A stretch of DNA of 64,000 bases from Octopus sinensis (GCF_006345805.1 NC_043017.1:7440001-7504000); one strand, 5' to 3'. Counted from the first letter of the stretch, positions 12,680-25,054 are shown. Program-made: numbers and translations. Notes: generated by a model from the sequence alone, not told the origin.

Positions 12680-12926
12680 ACTAATAAGAATTGATGTGAG
12701 TAACCCCAAGATTCCGAGTTTGATTCCAGGCAGTGACCTGAATAATAATAATAATAATAATAACAACATTGAAAAATACCTTAGGACTGAGAACCCAGGT
12801 TTGAAATTTCCCCAAGACACCTGATGAAGGCTGGAGGGTATATCAGCCAAAACATTGTGTTAACAACAAAGATGAGGACAAATGTAAATAATGTAAATAA
12901 TTCCTCACCTCTTAAATAGAGAACTG
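12680..12926 (+). mobile_element. short element with a tRNA-like B-box segment and a hammerhead-like 3' part
   Basis: CCGAGTTTGATTCCAGG (B-box-like), (AAT)n, CCAGGTTTGAAATTTCCCC, then the HHR motif; lies within a microsatellite. Confidence 0.6.
12816..12861 (+). ncRNA. minimal type-I hammerhead ribozyme motif (decayed)
   Basis: GACAC-CTGATGA-A-GGCTG[10 nt]CAGCC-aAAACaTT-GTGTT; two CpG>CpA changes from GAAACGTT. Confidence 0.7.
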
Positions 12927-13482
12927 TAGCAGAAAAGTCAGTCTCTGTTTTTTAAATGTGTGTGTGTGTGTCTTTGTGCTTATGTATGCCTTCCCCTACA
13001 AACCAGCATTTGTTTGTGTCCCCATAACTTAGCAGTTCAGCAAACAAGACCAATAGAATAAGTACCAGACTTTAAAAAAACTTTTTAAAAAATAATGGGG
13101 TCAATTTACTTGACTAAAATCCTTCACGATGGTGCCCCAGCATGGCCGCAGTCCAATGGCTGAAACAGGTATAAGATAAGAAAAAGATATCAACTTTCAT
13201 TTGTTATTGGACAATGGTGGTTTATATAATGGAATATATTTGAGTGTATAGGACTATGTTAGATTATAGACTGGATTATGTAGTAGACTATGTTGGATTA
13301 TATCATGGATTATATAAGCTTATACCTAGATTATGTTATTATAGGCATAGGCACATGGCTTAGTAGTTCAGGTATTTGGTTTACGATCATAGTCATCAGT
13401 TTGGTACTCAGCAGAGCAGTGAGTCCTTGAGCAAGACACTTTCCTTGAGAATTACATTAAGGGTATGCATGTCTGTGGAAAA

Positions 13483-13714
13483 GGCGGCGAGCTGGCAGAG
13501 ACGTTAGCACGCCGGGCAAAATGCGTCGCCATATTTCGTCTGCCATTACGTTCTGAGTTCAAATTCCGCCGAGGTCGACTTTGCCTTTCATCCTTTCAGG
13601 GTCGATTAAATTAAGTACCATTTATGCACTGGGGTCGATGTAATCGACTTAATCCGATTGTCTGTCCTTGTTTGTCCCTTCTGTGTTTAGCCCCTTGTGG
13701 GTAGTAAAGGAATA
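13483..13714 (+). mobile_element. SINE family B1, full length, inserted in a decayed C2 copy
   Basis: 19-bp TSD GGTATGCATGTCTGTGGAA at 13462-13480 and 13715-13733. Confidence 0.92.
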
Positions 13715-14098
13715 GGTATGCATGTCTGTGGAATAGATATATATATATATATATACAATGTGCTTTATCCAGTTTCTGTCTACCAAATCCACTCACAAGG
13801 CTTTGGTCAGCCCGAGGCTATAGTAGAAGATACTTGTCCAAGTTGCCATGCAGTAGAACTGAACCTGGAACCATGTGGTCGAGAAGCAAGCTTCTTACCA
13901 CACAGCCACACCTGAACCTAAACTGTGTATGTAGATATACATGTATATATGAATATATATATATATGTGCGTGTGTTTTGAGATGTATATAAATACATAG
14001 AAGAGTGTGAGTGTGTATGGGTGTATATATGAATGTATCTAGGAGACCTTTTGAGTCAAATACATCATCATCAACAACAATATCAAAATCAAATGAAA

Positions 14099-14430
14099 TG
14101 GAAATTGTAGTTGTGACCCCCGTGCTGGTAGCACGTAAAAAGCACCATCCATACGTGGCTGATGCCAGTGCCGCTTTGACTGGCTTCCGTGATGGTGGCA
14201 CGTAAAAAGCACCATCCGATTGTGGTCGATGCCAGCTCCCCTGTGCCAGTGGCACATAAAAAGCACCCGCTGCACTCTTGGAGTGGTTGGCGTTAGGAAG
14301 GGCATCCAGCTGTAGAAACACTGCCAGATCAGATTGGGGCCTGGAGCAGCCTCCTGGCTTCCCAGGCCCCAGTCGAACCGTCCAACCCGTGCTAGCGCGG
14401 AAAACGGACGTTAGACGATGATGATGATAA
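14099..14430 (+). mobile_element. family D retroposon with (GAT)n tail
   Basis: Repeated GCACGTAAAAAGCACC, GTTGGCGTTAGGAAGGGCATCCAGCTGTAGAAAC, ends GGACGTTAGACGATGATG; about 12 copies in the window. Confidence 0.85.
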
Positions 14431-14738
14431 TGATTTTATATATATATATTTATACATACATACACACACACGGTTGTGTTTATTTATTGAAAAAAAAATT
14501 GTTCTGCTTGAAGTGGATCAATTAGCTGTTCCAGCTTGCTGCCAGTTTATCTAAGATGTGATTCTAAAGTACACCAAGTTAGCATTTAACATATTCTAAA
14601 CAATGGAATCACTGAAGCTAAACAGCCGTTCTCTCTAACACAAACGCTTAACACATTTCTTTGTGTGTGTTTATAATAAGTACTGAACATAGACTTTCAA
14701 GTCATATTTAGAGTTCTCTCATACTCGCTCTGTACCAA

Positions 14739-14773
<35 letters not shown>

Positions 14774-15239
14774 AGTCTATCTTCTTGTATCTCTCCCTCC
14801 TTCCTCCCACTCTCTCTCATATATTTATATAGTGTGTGTTGCTCTCTTCCTCCTGTGTAAAGAGCAAAACATCCGAATTTTTGCTTTCTGTACATACCAC
14901 TTTATGTAACATATATGTATGCTGCACGATATGTAAACATTCCAACGCAGAAGCACGTGCACACATGCGCAGCCACGTTAACACACACACTTGCAAACAC
15001 ACACACACTCGCAAACACACACACTCGCAAACACACACACACACACACACACGTACACATCTATATTTAAAGAAAAACACTCGCCTCTCTTTCTCTCCGT
15101 CTTCGTGCATACAAATATGTACGAGTTTGTGATTGTATGAACATATGTATGCATTTATGCGTGTATATGTTTGCATGTATATATAAGATGTGTATATATA
15201 TATACACATCATGCGTATGTGTGTATATCCATATACATA

Positions 15240-15270
<31 letters not shown>

Positions 15271-15974
15271 ATATATATGCATATGCACACATATCTATCT
15301 ACTTCTCTCTCATTCTTTCTTTCTTTATATATATATATGTTTTATACACACACACACACACATCCGTATGATAATATTTGTAAACACTCTGGAGAAAGCC
15401 ATTTAAATGCTAATGTTTCAAAAGATATTGCTAAATTATTCTTTTATCATTGAAGACAAACTTTCATTCCAGAAAAATGTCTCTTGTTTATTTTAACCAT
15501 CTTTTCCCTTTTCCCTCTCCAATGACTGCAATGATGCTGGTGGTGGATGGCGGAATTCCTTTATCTTTCACATAATTTTCACTGAAATAATGAATGGTTA
15601 TTGTAAATTTCAAAGTAAAACTTTGGAAACTAAAACATCTAAACATCTATTGATTGTTTTTTTGAAGTTGTGAAAATTCTGATCTTGTGTTGTTTTGTTG
15701 TTGCTGTTGTTTTTTCCTTATTTCTCAAATGGAATTGGTAAATGTGTCTAGCACCTGCTGCTTTTGAAAGACCACTATATGAAGCAAGGCTTTATGGCTA
15801 TACTTAGGAAATTAAACATAAGAACGATGCCTAAGCATTGACAAATGCCAAAAGTTATTTGAACCATTTTTTAAACCATATTTCTAGCACAAAAACAAAG
15901 CAGTGAACAATAGACCATGTCATGTCTTTCAAAGGTTTAATATCCATCTAGTCATCTTCTCCACCCACTATTCA

Positions 15975-16393
15975 TGGGAGGTTTGTTGTGGTTGGGTCTT
16001 CAGGCGCCTCCTCTATAGGGTCCTATCAAAAATGACCACCGTTACACTTTCTGGCTGGATTCCCCTAGTTTGACCGACTGTGATTATAGATATCATCCAA
16101 CCATTTCATTCTTGCTCCATTGCTAGGTCTCCCACTGGTTTGCTCAACTTGAAGAATTCATCTTGTGATTCTTTCCTGCAGACATTCTAATTTCATGTCC
16201 ATAGTATCAGAGCTGTGACTTCTGAATGCAGAGAAGAAGCAACTCAGCCTGGAGAGACACCCTAACCTGCAGGGTACACAGCCTGTCAAGTATCATTACT
16301 CCAGAGATCCTTCAGAGGAATCCCATTTTGGCCGGTTGTATTCACGATTGCACTCATTTGGTCATTATTTAACCTTCATGGTTATGGGTGAGG
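15975..16393 (-). mobile_element. Rex3/Expander-like RTE LINE remnant
   Basis: Minus strand: IQPAKMGFL*RISGVMILDRL..LLLLCIQKSQL*YYGH..GRP..RMKWLDDI, with stops and frameshifts. Confidence 0.75.
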
Positions 16394-16626
16394 ACAGGCA
16401 CACAAAAAGAAAGAAAACAAACAGAATTTCACAAGTTTGCCTTCTGTTAGCAACCTCTCTACTTCTGAGGAGCAAATTCTTGATTGACGTTGCAACGCAC
16501 ACATGCACACACACACACACACACACACACATGAAGTACTTGGGTCAATTCATTCAATTGAGAATTTTTGGGGGTGGTGCTGCAAGTTATTGAAGAGGTT
16601 GCAAATGGCACTGAAAGAACTTTTGC

Positions 16627-16708
16627 TAACAAACAACTGATTGTTTAACCAATACATTAAACAAACAATTGATTGTTTAACCAATACATTAAACAAACAA
16701 TTGATTGG
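16627..16708. repeat. 32-bp tandem repeat, about 2.5 units
   Basis: CCAATACATTAAACAAACAATTGATTG at 16649 and 16681. Confidence 0.85.
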
Positions 16709-17832
16709 TCAGTTGGTTAGATATTTAACCATTTGACTAATGATAAAGAAGTGATACTGGGCCAGTGCATGTGTTATTATCATTGGCATAATGACCCTCC
16801 CAAGACAATGATAAAAGATATATATGACTGGCTTCTTTCAGTTTTCCTCTACCAAGTACACTCAGAAGACTTTGATCTGCTCAGGCCTATACTAGAAATC
16901 ATTTGACCAAGGTATCGCACAATGGGATTGAACCCGAAACCACATGTTTGAGAAGTAAGCTTTTTAACCATACCTTTACACCTGTGCCAACAAATGCAAA
17001 TGGTATGGCTTGTTGTTGAATTTCTTTTTTTCTGTTTTTTTGCTTCATGGGTCTGCATGTACTTTAATTAGGTGGTGTAGGGGTGTGTGGTGTGGAGTGG
17101 TTACGTTGGTATATCTAGATATGTGTGTGTATGTGGATGTATATATCTGTATAGTTATGTTTGTGGGGAGGGGCAGTGGAAATTGTGTTGATGCATGTAT
17201 ATAGACGTGTGTGTGTGTAGCTGTGTGTTTGACAATATAGGTGTTTGTATGTGGTTGTGTATAGTTCTGTGTGCGTGTGGTTGTATAGCTGCATATTTGT
17301 GTAACTTTGTGTATGTGTGTGTGGTTGTGTAACTATGCGTGTGGTTGTTTAGTAGCATGTATGTGTAACTGTGTGTGTATGTGTATGTCACTCACTACAT
17401 ATAACTGTATTCATGTTTAATTATCTGTGTGTATGGGGGTTTCATTGTGTATAGCTGTGTGTGTGTATGTGTTGTCGTGCTGTGTGTGCATGTGTAGTTA
17501 TATCTGTCTGTCTGTCTGTCTATGTACTTATGTGTGTATGTGTGTGTGTGTGCACAGTTATATATAGTTGTGATTGTATTTATGCGTAGTTCTGTGTATG
17601 AGTTAAGTATATCTATGTGCATGTGTGGTTGTATATAGGTGTGTGTGTGTGTGCGTGTGTATGCGTGTGTGTGTGTGTGTGTGTGTGTGTTGTATGTATT
17701 TGTAACTTTATGTGTATGCCTGTGTAAATTTGTGTGTATTTCTGTGTCTGTGTGTGTAATAGTTTGCTATTCTGTGTATGTGTAGATGTATGTAATTATG
17801 TATATATGTGTGTGTGTATATATATATATATA

Positions 17833-17907
<75 letters not shown>

Positions 17908-19452
17908 TAGATAGATATATAGATATGTGTGTGTGTATGTGTGTGAGCATTGGCTTGGTCACACCCTTTCCCTCTCTCGGAATCTATAGATCCTGTATGA
18001 TATATATCTGGATTAACGGGGGAGGTGGGAAGGAGGAGACCGAAACAAAAAAAAAAACAAAAAAAAAAACCTAAAAATAAAACGATGTTTACCATAAACA
18101 AATTATATTATATCAATAGAAAAGAGAAATATTATTTTGGTTTTGTTGGCAAATATTCTAAATACGAATTGACCGGCACCCCCCCTCCTCTTCCTCTCCC
18201 ACCCTACCCCATCCTCATTTCCCGACCCCATCCCACGCAGTCTCACACACATACACACACATGCACGTATACACTTTGTGCTCACATGCAAGCAAGTATA
18301 TACACTGCTGCCATACGGACACACGCTTCAGAAGACTTGTTTACAAATGACAAAGTAGAACTGTCTTCTGTTGTTTGTATGTGTGTGTGTATGTTTTTGT
18401 GTAGGTGTGTATGTGTGTTTTTGTATGCATTTTTGTGTGTGCGTGTATGTGTACATGCAGGTAGATAGATTGATAGACAGACAGATGGACATATCAACAG
18501 TTAGATACATACAAAGAAAGATATGTAGGTAGATAGATGGATAATGGATAAATAGATAGATAGAGAGAGAGATACATACATACATACATGTGCAACTATA
18601 TGCATGAGAATACATACATACATACATACATACATACATACATACATACATACAAACAAAAATACCCTCTTGTTGATCTTGAATTCCAATTAAGGAGCCT
18701 TGGATCTAGGTTAGAAACCAGTTCTTTCTCTATTGGCAAGAAATCTTGAAATAAACTGAATAATGACATACATACATACATATGTACATACATGCACGGA
18801 CAGATAGACATTGATTGGTAGATGGACTGATAGACAGGTGGACAAGCAGATGGGTAGACAGATAGATAGATAGACAGACAGATAGACAGACAGACATAGA
18901 TAGATAGATAGATAGATAGACAGACAGATATATTTTGTTACAATGTGTTGAATGTGCATGTCTATAATTATTATCGCCATCAGCATTCTACAAATGCTTG
19001 CCATGCTGGTATGGGTCAGACAGGTTGTCACAGTCCAAGTCAGCTCTTATTTAGAATTACAACCCTCTTCATTTTCTATAGCCTTGGATTGATTTTTTTC
19101 CCCCCTAATTTGTGAATGAAATTGGGTAGATGGAAGCTGCATAGAAGTCCATCACATGGATTACACTTGTAATTCAAATATATAGCATTGTTACATGCCA
19201 TTGTGCTAGTTCTTCCTGAGAATCACATTAACCATTTAAACTGCAAAATTAAATTTCCTTGGTTATTTCAATAATGATGTTAAAAATATCTACCCAAAAA
19301 TAGAAATGGTATTTTCTGAAAATCATGTTACCTCAATAAATTTCTGTTTCTTCATATCAGCACAGATTCAAACAAGGAGTTATTTGAGACTGGATTTTCA
19401 TGGCCAGATACCCTTCCTAACTCAAACCATGCACACACTGTTAGTTTGTTTA

Positions 19453-19672
19453 CCCTTTCATTACTGTACTTATTTTAAGATGCTCTGTGTTTCTTTCAAT
19501 TACTTTAACTATAACAAAGAATTTAGTAAAACAACTTAGTTATCATTCAACTGGTGTTAGGAACATAAATTGTGACTAAGGTTTGGTGGAAGATTTTAAT
19601 TCAAAACTTATGAAAACAAGACATTTGTACTCAGAGCCAGAGATGGTTTCAGCTGGGTTGGTAATGAATGGG
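19453..19672. mobile_element. piggyBac-like MITE family P2
   Basis: CCCTTTCATTAC..GTAATGAATGGG|TTAA; close homolog at 27432. Confidence 0.85.
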
Positions 19673-20396
19673 TTAAACTGCAAAATTAAATTTCCTTGGT
19701 TATTCCAGTAATGATGTTAAAAATATCTACCCAAAAATAGAATTGTTATTTTCTTAAAATCATGTTGCCTCAATAAACTTGACGCATCTCAACAGAAAAT
19801 ACTTTGAAACATGAAATTCATCAGCACAAGATATATAAATGGTATATAAAACTGCTTTCTGCAGTTATTGGTAATGAAATTTAGAGAAGATATATCTGAC
19901 TTCTGCAGTGAAAAGGTTAAGGGTGGATGTGTCTGTGGAAAATACTTCCACCATTCATATACTAATTCTCTGTGTAGGTTAATCAAATTGATCAAACAAC
20001 TGAATGTTCACAGCCCTCCCAGCGTCAAACAAATACACCTGATTGTTGTTCATACACCTGTCTTCATCTTTTGTTTTTCTATAAATTTTCTGTTCCCTAA
20101 ATTTGGATTTTTATTCACACACACACACACACAGATCCCAGCTGCTAACCATAAACTATAAAACAATTTTTTCAGCTCATTGAACTTTGGTATGGGAAAA
20201 TTTTTACAACCTGTTACATTACTAAACCACTATTGTTCCTGAAAGTTGATTTTTTTATATACTTTCTACAGACTGCCTGAAGTTTACTAACTTCCTCCAC
20301 CTTCATCCTTGGATCTTACCTTCACACACACACACACACACACACATACATATAATGTGTGTGTATATATAATGTGTGTATGCATATATATATATA

Positions 20397-20440
<44 letters not shown>

Positions 20441-20441
<1 letters not shown>

Positions 20442-20857
20442 TTAAATTAGAGATAAAACCACTATTAGGCAAATCATACTATGAAAAACTTAAGCCAATA
20501 CATAAGATTAATTAATTATATTATTTAAATATATATCAAAATTATTAAAAAAGATAATTAATATAACACTACAATCGTTTCATGGCTGTTCAATTCTTAA
20601 AATTTTCGAGTTACAGTCATTCTTCAGGTGGTTTACATATTTAACTTGGCGAGGTTTAATCAATTTTAATAATTTTGATATATATTTAAATAATATAAAT
20701 TAATTAATCTTATGTATTGGCTTAAGTTTTTCATTGTATGATTTGCCTAATAGTGGTTTTATCTCTAATTTAATATAATATAATATTTTACTATAAAATT
20801 AGATTCAATCCTAAATCTGATTTTTCCCTGTAAGTTTGGATTTATTCCCTAATATTT

Positions 20858-20860
<3 letters not shown>
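20441..20860. mobile_element. (TA)n-embedded element with a 110-bp inverted repeat (20441-20550 / 20664-20774), Penelope-like
   Basis: Arms are near-perfect reverse complements; the spacer holds an HHR-like motif. Confidence 0.7.
20568..20632 (-). ncRNA. type-I hammerhead-like motif
   Basis: Minus strand: ACCAC-CTGAAGA-ATGACTGT[23 nt]ACAGCCAT-GAAACGATT-GTAGT. Confidence 0.6.
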
Positions 20861-20903
<43 letters not shown>

Positions 20904-20942
20904 TATTATATATATATTATATATATATGTGTGTGTGTGTGT

Positions 20943-21127
20943 GTACCGTTGGCGATTTCTTTTCCTCTGTCTTCCCTCCTCTGGATCTTTCCTTCTCCTA
21001 TGCTTCCGACGAAGAGCTCTGCTCAAAACGTTAAACCCTCTTTCTTTCCTGAGCGTCCAATAATACTATATTTGTTCCACGTCCTCGCGTTGTTGTGTTT
21101 TTTTGTGTTTTCTTGTTTGGATTAACT
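20943..21127 (+). mobile_element. HHR-bearing short element ending in (TA)n (family H2)
   Basis: Highly similar to 58434-58628; 3' end GGATTAACTT|(TA)n. Confidence 0.8.
21002..21036 (+). ncRNA. minimal hammerhead motif (decayed)
   Basis: GCTT-CCGACGA-A-GAGC[TCT]GCTC-aAAACGTT-AAAC. Confidence 0.6.
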
Positions 21128-21147
21128 TTATATATATATATATATAT

Positions 21148-21403
21148 GTAATCAAATGAAAAGAACCCAAATCAGGGGTATTTATGACACCCTAGAGTAT
21201 ACCAACCATGTACAACTCAATGTAAGACATGTTTTGGACCAGCCCCTAGGCACTAAATACTCGTAGGGTTGGTCTTCTCTGAGTACACAACCAGAATATC
21301 CTAGCTGATACTTATCAACCATAGGCCAGAACCACAGGTTTATCCATCCCTACCTGGTTCATAATTTTTCAAGTACCTAATTCTACCTGAATCCTTATTT
21401 TAC
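21148..21403 (-). mobile_element. unclassified (TA)n-flanked element with a degenerate HHR-like fold at 21221-21287
   Basis: Minus strand: TGTA-ctcagagaa-GACCAACCC..GGGCTGGTC-caAAACATGTC-t-TACA. Confidence 0.45.
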
Positions 21404-21560
21404 TATATATATATATATATAATATATTATATATTCTTTTATTTGTTTCAGTCTTTTGACTGTGGCCATGCCGGAGCACCGCCTTTAGTCGAGCAAATCG
21501 ACCCCAGGACTTATTCTTTGTAAGTCTAGTACTTATTCTGTCGGTTTCTTTTGCTGAATC

Positions 21561-21910
21561 CATGGCTTTGGATTCAAACCTACTATGTGACACCTCAGAC
21601 CAGTGTCTTTTACTTGGGACAATAAGAGCATTGTGAGTGTATTTGGTGAAGAAAAACTGAAAAAAGCCCATCATTTCTGTGCATGTTGTCTTCTCGTCAC
21701 ATGATGTTTGTAAAGGAAGATCACTGTCATGCGAGCAGTGTTGTTTGTTTCTAATATTCCATGAAAACATGTTTGGCCCCTGCGGAAATATTAACCATGG
21801 TTTGAAATACATGAGCGTTGGTGACAGGAAGGGCAACAGGCCCTAGAAAATCTGCCTCAATGAGTTCTGTCTGAGTCCTGCAATTGGACATTAAAGCAAC
21901 AACAATGGTG
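21561..21910 (+). mobile_element. family E chimeric SINE (A-type head, D-type tail)
   Basis: A-like 5' half, then GTTGGTGACAGGAAGGGCA..GGACATTAAA; homolog at 28336-28625. Confidence 0.65.
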
Positions 21911-22098
21911 ATGACAGTGTGTGTGTGGGTGGGTGGGTGTGCGTATGGTCAATTCATTTCTTGACCATCTTTCACTATATCTTTGAAAGATTATAAAGTT
22001 GAAAAACCATTCAAGTTGACAGTGTTGTTGTTGCTGTTGTGTATCCCTCAGGTTTGATTAAAGATATTCTATCCATGACCATCCTGCTTTTTTTACTC

Positions 22099-22400
22099 CA
22101 TCATCATCATAATCATTTAATGTCTGTTTTTCATGCCGGCATGGGTTGGATGGTTTGACAGGAGCTTGCCAGCCAGAGACCTGCCCAAGATCCAATTGTC
22201 TGTTTCGGCATGGTTTCTACAACTGGATGCCCTTCCTAATGCCCACCACTTTACAGAGTGTACTGGATGCTTTTTACATGACACCAACATGTATTTTTTT
22301 TTTACCTGACACCAGCACAGGTGCTTCTATGTGATACCAGCATGGGTGTTTTTATGTGATACCAAAACATGTGCTTTGTGCATGGCACCAGCACCTGTGT
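22099..22400 (-). mobile_element. family D
   Basis: Homology; internal CACCAGCA sub-repeats. Confidence 0.8.
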
Positions 22401-23088
22401 GCCCAAAAGACAAGGACCTCTCGACTGTCAGTGGGAGTTGGGGGCACAGCATAAAAGATATATCTGTATATATGTATGGCCCCGATTTTACTGATCTCAA
22501 CCTGTCTTCTCAAGCACTAAGGTATAAACTAACTGAAGTGGACATTGAATCATGCATCAGAATCTAAATGAAACACTCAGCAATTTCCCAGTGCACCCAC
22601 TGTTTGCAACTGCGATCTTCCCACCGCACTCCCAGTTGTACCTGTTTATGGTTAGCCAGACACAAAGAACTAGTTGACAGGATACGAATCAGTGACAGGA
22701 TGCAAACCGCCTCTACTTTTTGCCTGATGTTCCGCTCCGCCTCCTGACCAACTTAAAAGGTGGAGTCCACTTTTGAAATGTTCCTCGAGAACTTTTCTTA
22801 AATTGGCACCAGCAGTCTCATCGTTGAAATATAGAACTCTGCTAATATCGTATATAAACGACGGCGCCAAAATACCACCACCTTTCTGATGACAACTTAA
22901 CTCCAATTAATGCTTAATGATGTCTTCTTTTCCGTCTTCTTGTTTTTGTCTTTTATTCTTGTCTTATTTTTTTATATGTTGTTCTTCCGTCTTCTTTTCA
23001 AATGAACTTAGCAATAATAATTGGTAAAATTTTCTCAAATTTCCTCCAAATTACAGAGGAAATTAAAGGTTGGCATGAATTATTTAAC

Positions 23089-23129
<41 letters not shown>

Positions 23130-23903
23130 GTAAGAAACTGTTATTATGTAAGAAATTATCGTCATTATTATTATTATTTAGACAGAAAACTGGCAGAATC
23201 TGGACAAAATGCTTTGTAGCATTTCTTCTATCTTTACGTTCTGAGTTCAAATTCCACTGAGGTAGACTTTGCCTATCATCCTCTCGGGGTCAATAAAAAT
23301 TGCTGACCTTGTACCGAAATAAGAAAGGATTGTTACAGCAAGCAATATCTGGAAGGAATTGTGTTGCTATGCGCCAGTGTACCTAAGTACATAACAACAT
23401 TTGCATTTCGTTTTGCGTGTGTGTGTGTGTGATCCATAGCTGGTCTGACTTATGTTACATTGAATAAAGCTGGACCATGTACATGTTTAATGTAGAAATA
23501 ACTTGATAAAACATCAACAGTTTTACTGCTGTTATTGCTCTATTTTAAGCAATTATTAGTAAAAGATTTGTATTTACTTTTTATCTTCAGTTTTCTCTTG
23601 AGATATTTCAGAATGGAGGACAGCATTCAGTCAATCAAATCTAGTAAACAAACTGGGTAAAAACAGAGGCATGTGATTTTTTTTTTTTGGTGGTGGTGGT
23701 GGTGGTGATGGTGGTGGTGGTGCTGCTACTGCTGCTACAGGTAGGGGTAATGGTGGTTCTTGTTGTGATGGTCATGTGCTTAGAAGCAAGAGAGGGGCGA
23801 TTCTGCTGCCCCTGGTGATAGTGGTGGTCATGGTGGGGATGCTGATGGTACCGGTTGTACATCGTAATAATACAGTAGGTCACAGGATAATAACCAGGCA
23901 TAT

Positions 23904-24412
23904 CTTTTTATCTTGTTTCAGTCTTAGACTGCGACCATGCTGGAGCATCACCTTAAAGAATTTTAGTCAAAAGAATTGACTCTAGTATTTATTCTATTTA
24001 AATCTGGTACTTATTCTGTCGGTTTCTTTTGCCAAACTGCTAAGTTACATGGATGTAAACACACCAACACTTGTTGTCAAGAGGGGGTGGGATATAAACA
24101 CACACACATACACATGACAGGCTTCTTTCAGTTTCCGTCTCCCTAATCCGCTCACAAGGCAATAGTTGGTTCGAGGCTATATTTGTGTGTGTGTGTGTGT
24201 GTGTGTGTATTTGTGTGTCTGTGTTTGTCCCCCCCTCCATTGCTTGACAATAGATGTTAGTGTGCTTATGTACCAGTAACTTAGTGGTTTGGCAAAAGAG
24301 ACTGACAGAATACGTACTAGGCTTACAAAGAATAAGTCCTGGGGTCGATTTCTTTGACTAAAGGTGGTGCACCAGCATGGCCACAGTCAAATGACCGAAA
24401 CAAATAAAAGAA
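23904..24412. mobile_element. two truncated SINE-A copies in inverted orientation
   Basis: 23904-24180 on minus, 24208-24412 on plus, joined at (TG)n. Confidence 0.8.
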
Positions 24413-24462
24413 TAATTGTATGTGTTGTATATTAGCTCCCTCCTGCCATCAAATTGGCATTA

Positions 24463-24818
24463 CCTGAACAGGTGTATCAAACATCAGATGTTGAAGTGAT
24501 CTTAAAGCAATGTGAGATGAAGGGCTTTGCCCAAGAACACAACATAACCACCCAGTTGAGGAATTGAAACCACAATCTCACAATTGTGAGTGCAGCACCT
24601 TAACCACTAGGCCATAGGCCCTCACATCACTATTCTATAATGTTTCTTGAACAGGTGTATGGTGTACAAAACATCATGTGTCAACGTGATTCTAGAGCAA
24701 TGGGAGATGAAGTGTATTGCTCAAGATCACAACACACTACCCAGTCCAGGAATTGAAACCATGATCTCATGATTGTGAATGCAACACCCTAACCACTAGG
24801 CCATGTGCCCTCACATCA
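24463..24818 (-). mobile_element. two tandem diverged C-type SINE 5' parts
   Basis: TGAACAGGTGTAT..TAACCACTAGGCCAT..CCCTCACATCAC twice, about 185-190 bp apart. Confidence 0.7.
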
Positions 24819-24819
24819 C

Positions 24820-25013
24820 GCCATGATAAATCATTAGCTCCTACACGCATTTTTTTCTCTCCTTGCTTTTTTCTGTGTATCTTTCTGTCGAAGAGCGTAG
24901 GCTCGAAATGTAAAAAACTTTTTCTATTTCTATTTCTGAGCGCCATACTAATACATTTGTTTGTTTGTACTCCACCTGCCTTCGTCTTTTGTTTATTTTC
25001 GTAAACCTTCCCG

Positions 25014-25014
<1 letters not shown>
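24820..25014 (+). mobile_element. HHR-bearing short element ending in (TA)n, related to H2
   Basis: HHR-like motif at 24881-24916: CTTT-CTGtCGA-A-GAGC[GTAG]GCTC-GAAAtGTA-AAAa; shares the downstream CTGAGCG..TAATAC with H2. Confidence 0.6.

Positions 25015-25054
<40 letters not shown>

Larger units (their letters stand above)
12355..13185 (+). mobile_element. SINE family A split by insertions in its internal microsatellite
   Basis: Head 12355-12520, tail about 12970-13185. Confidence 0.7.

Noticed and set aside
15490-15585. Possible minus-strand terminal exon (TTTCAG|..ENYVKDKGIPPSTTSIIAVIGEGKGKRWLK*)
   Set aside because: Short, no recognisable homology and no linked exons; not supportable as a CDS.
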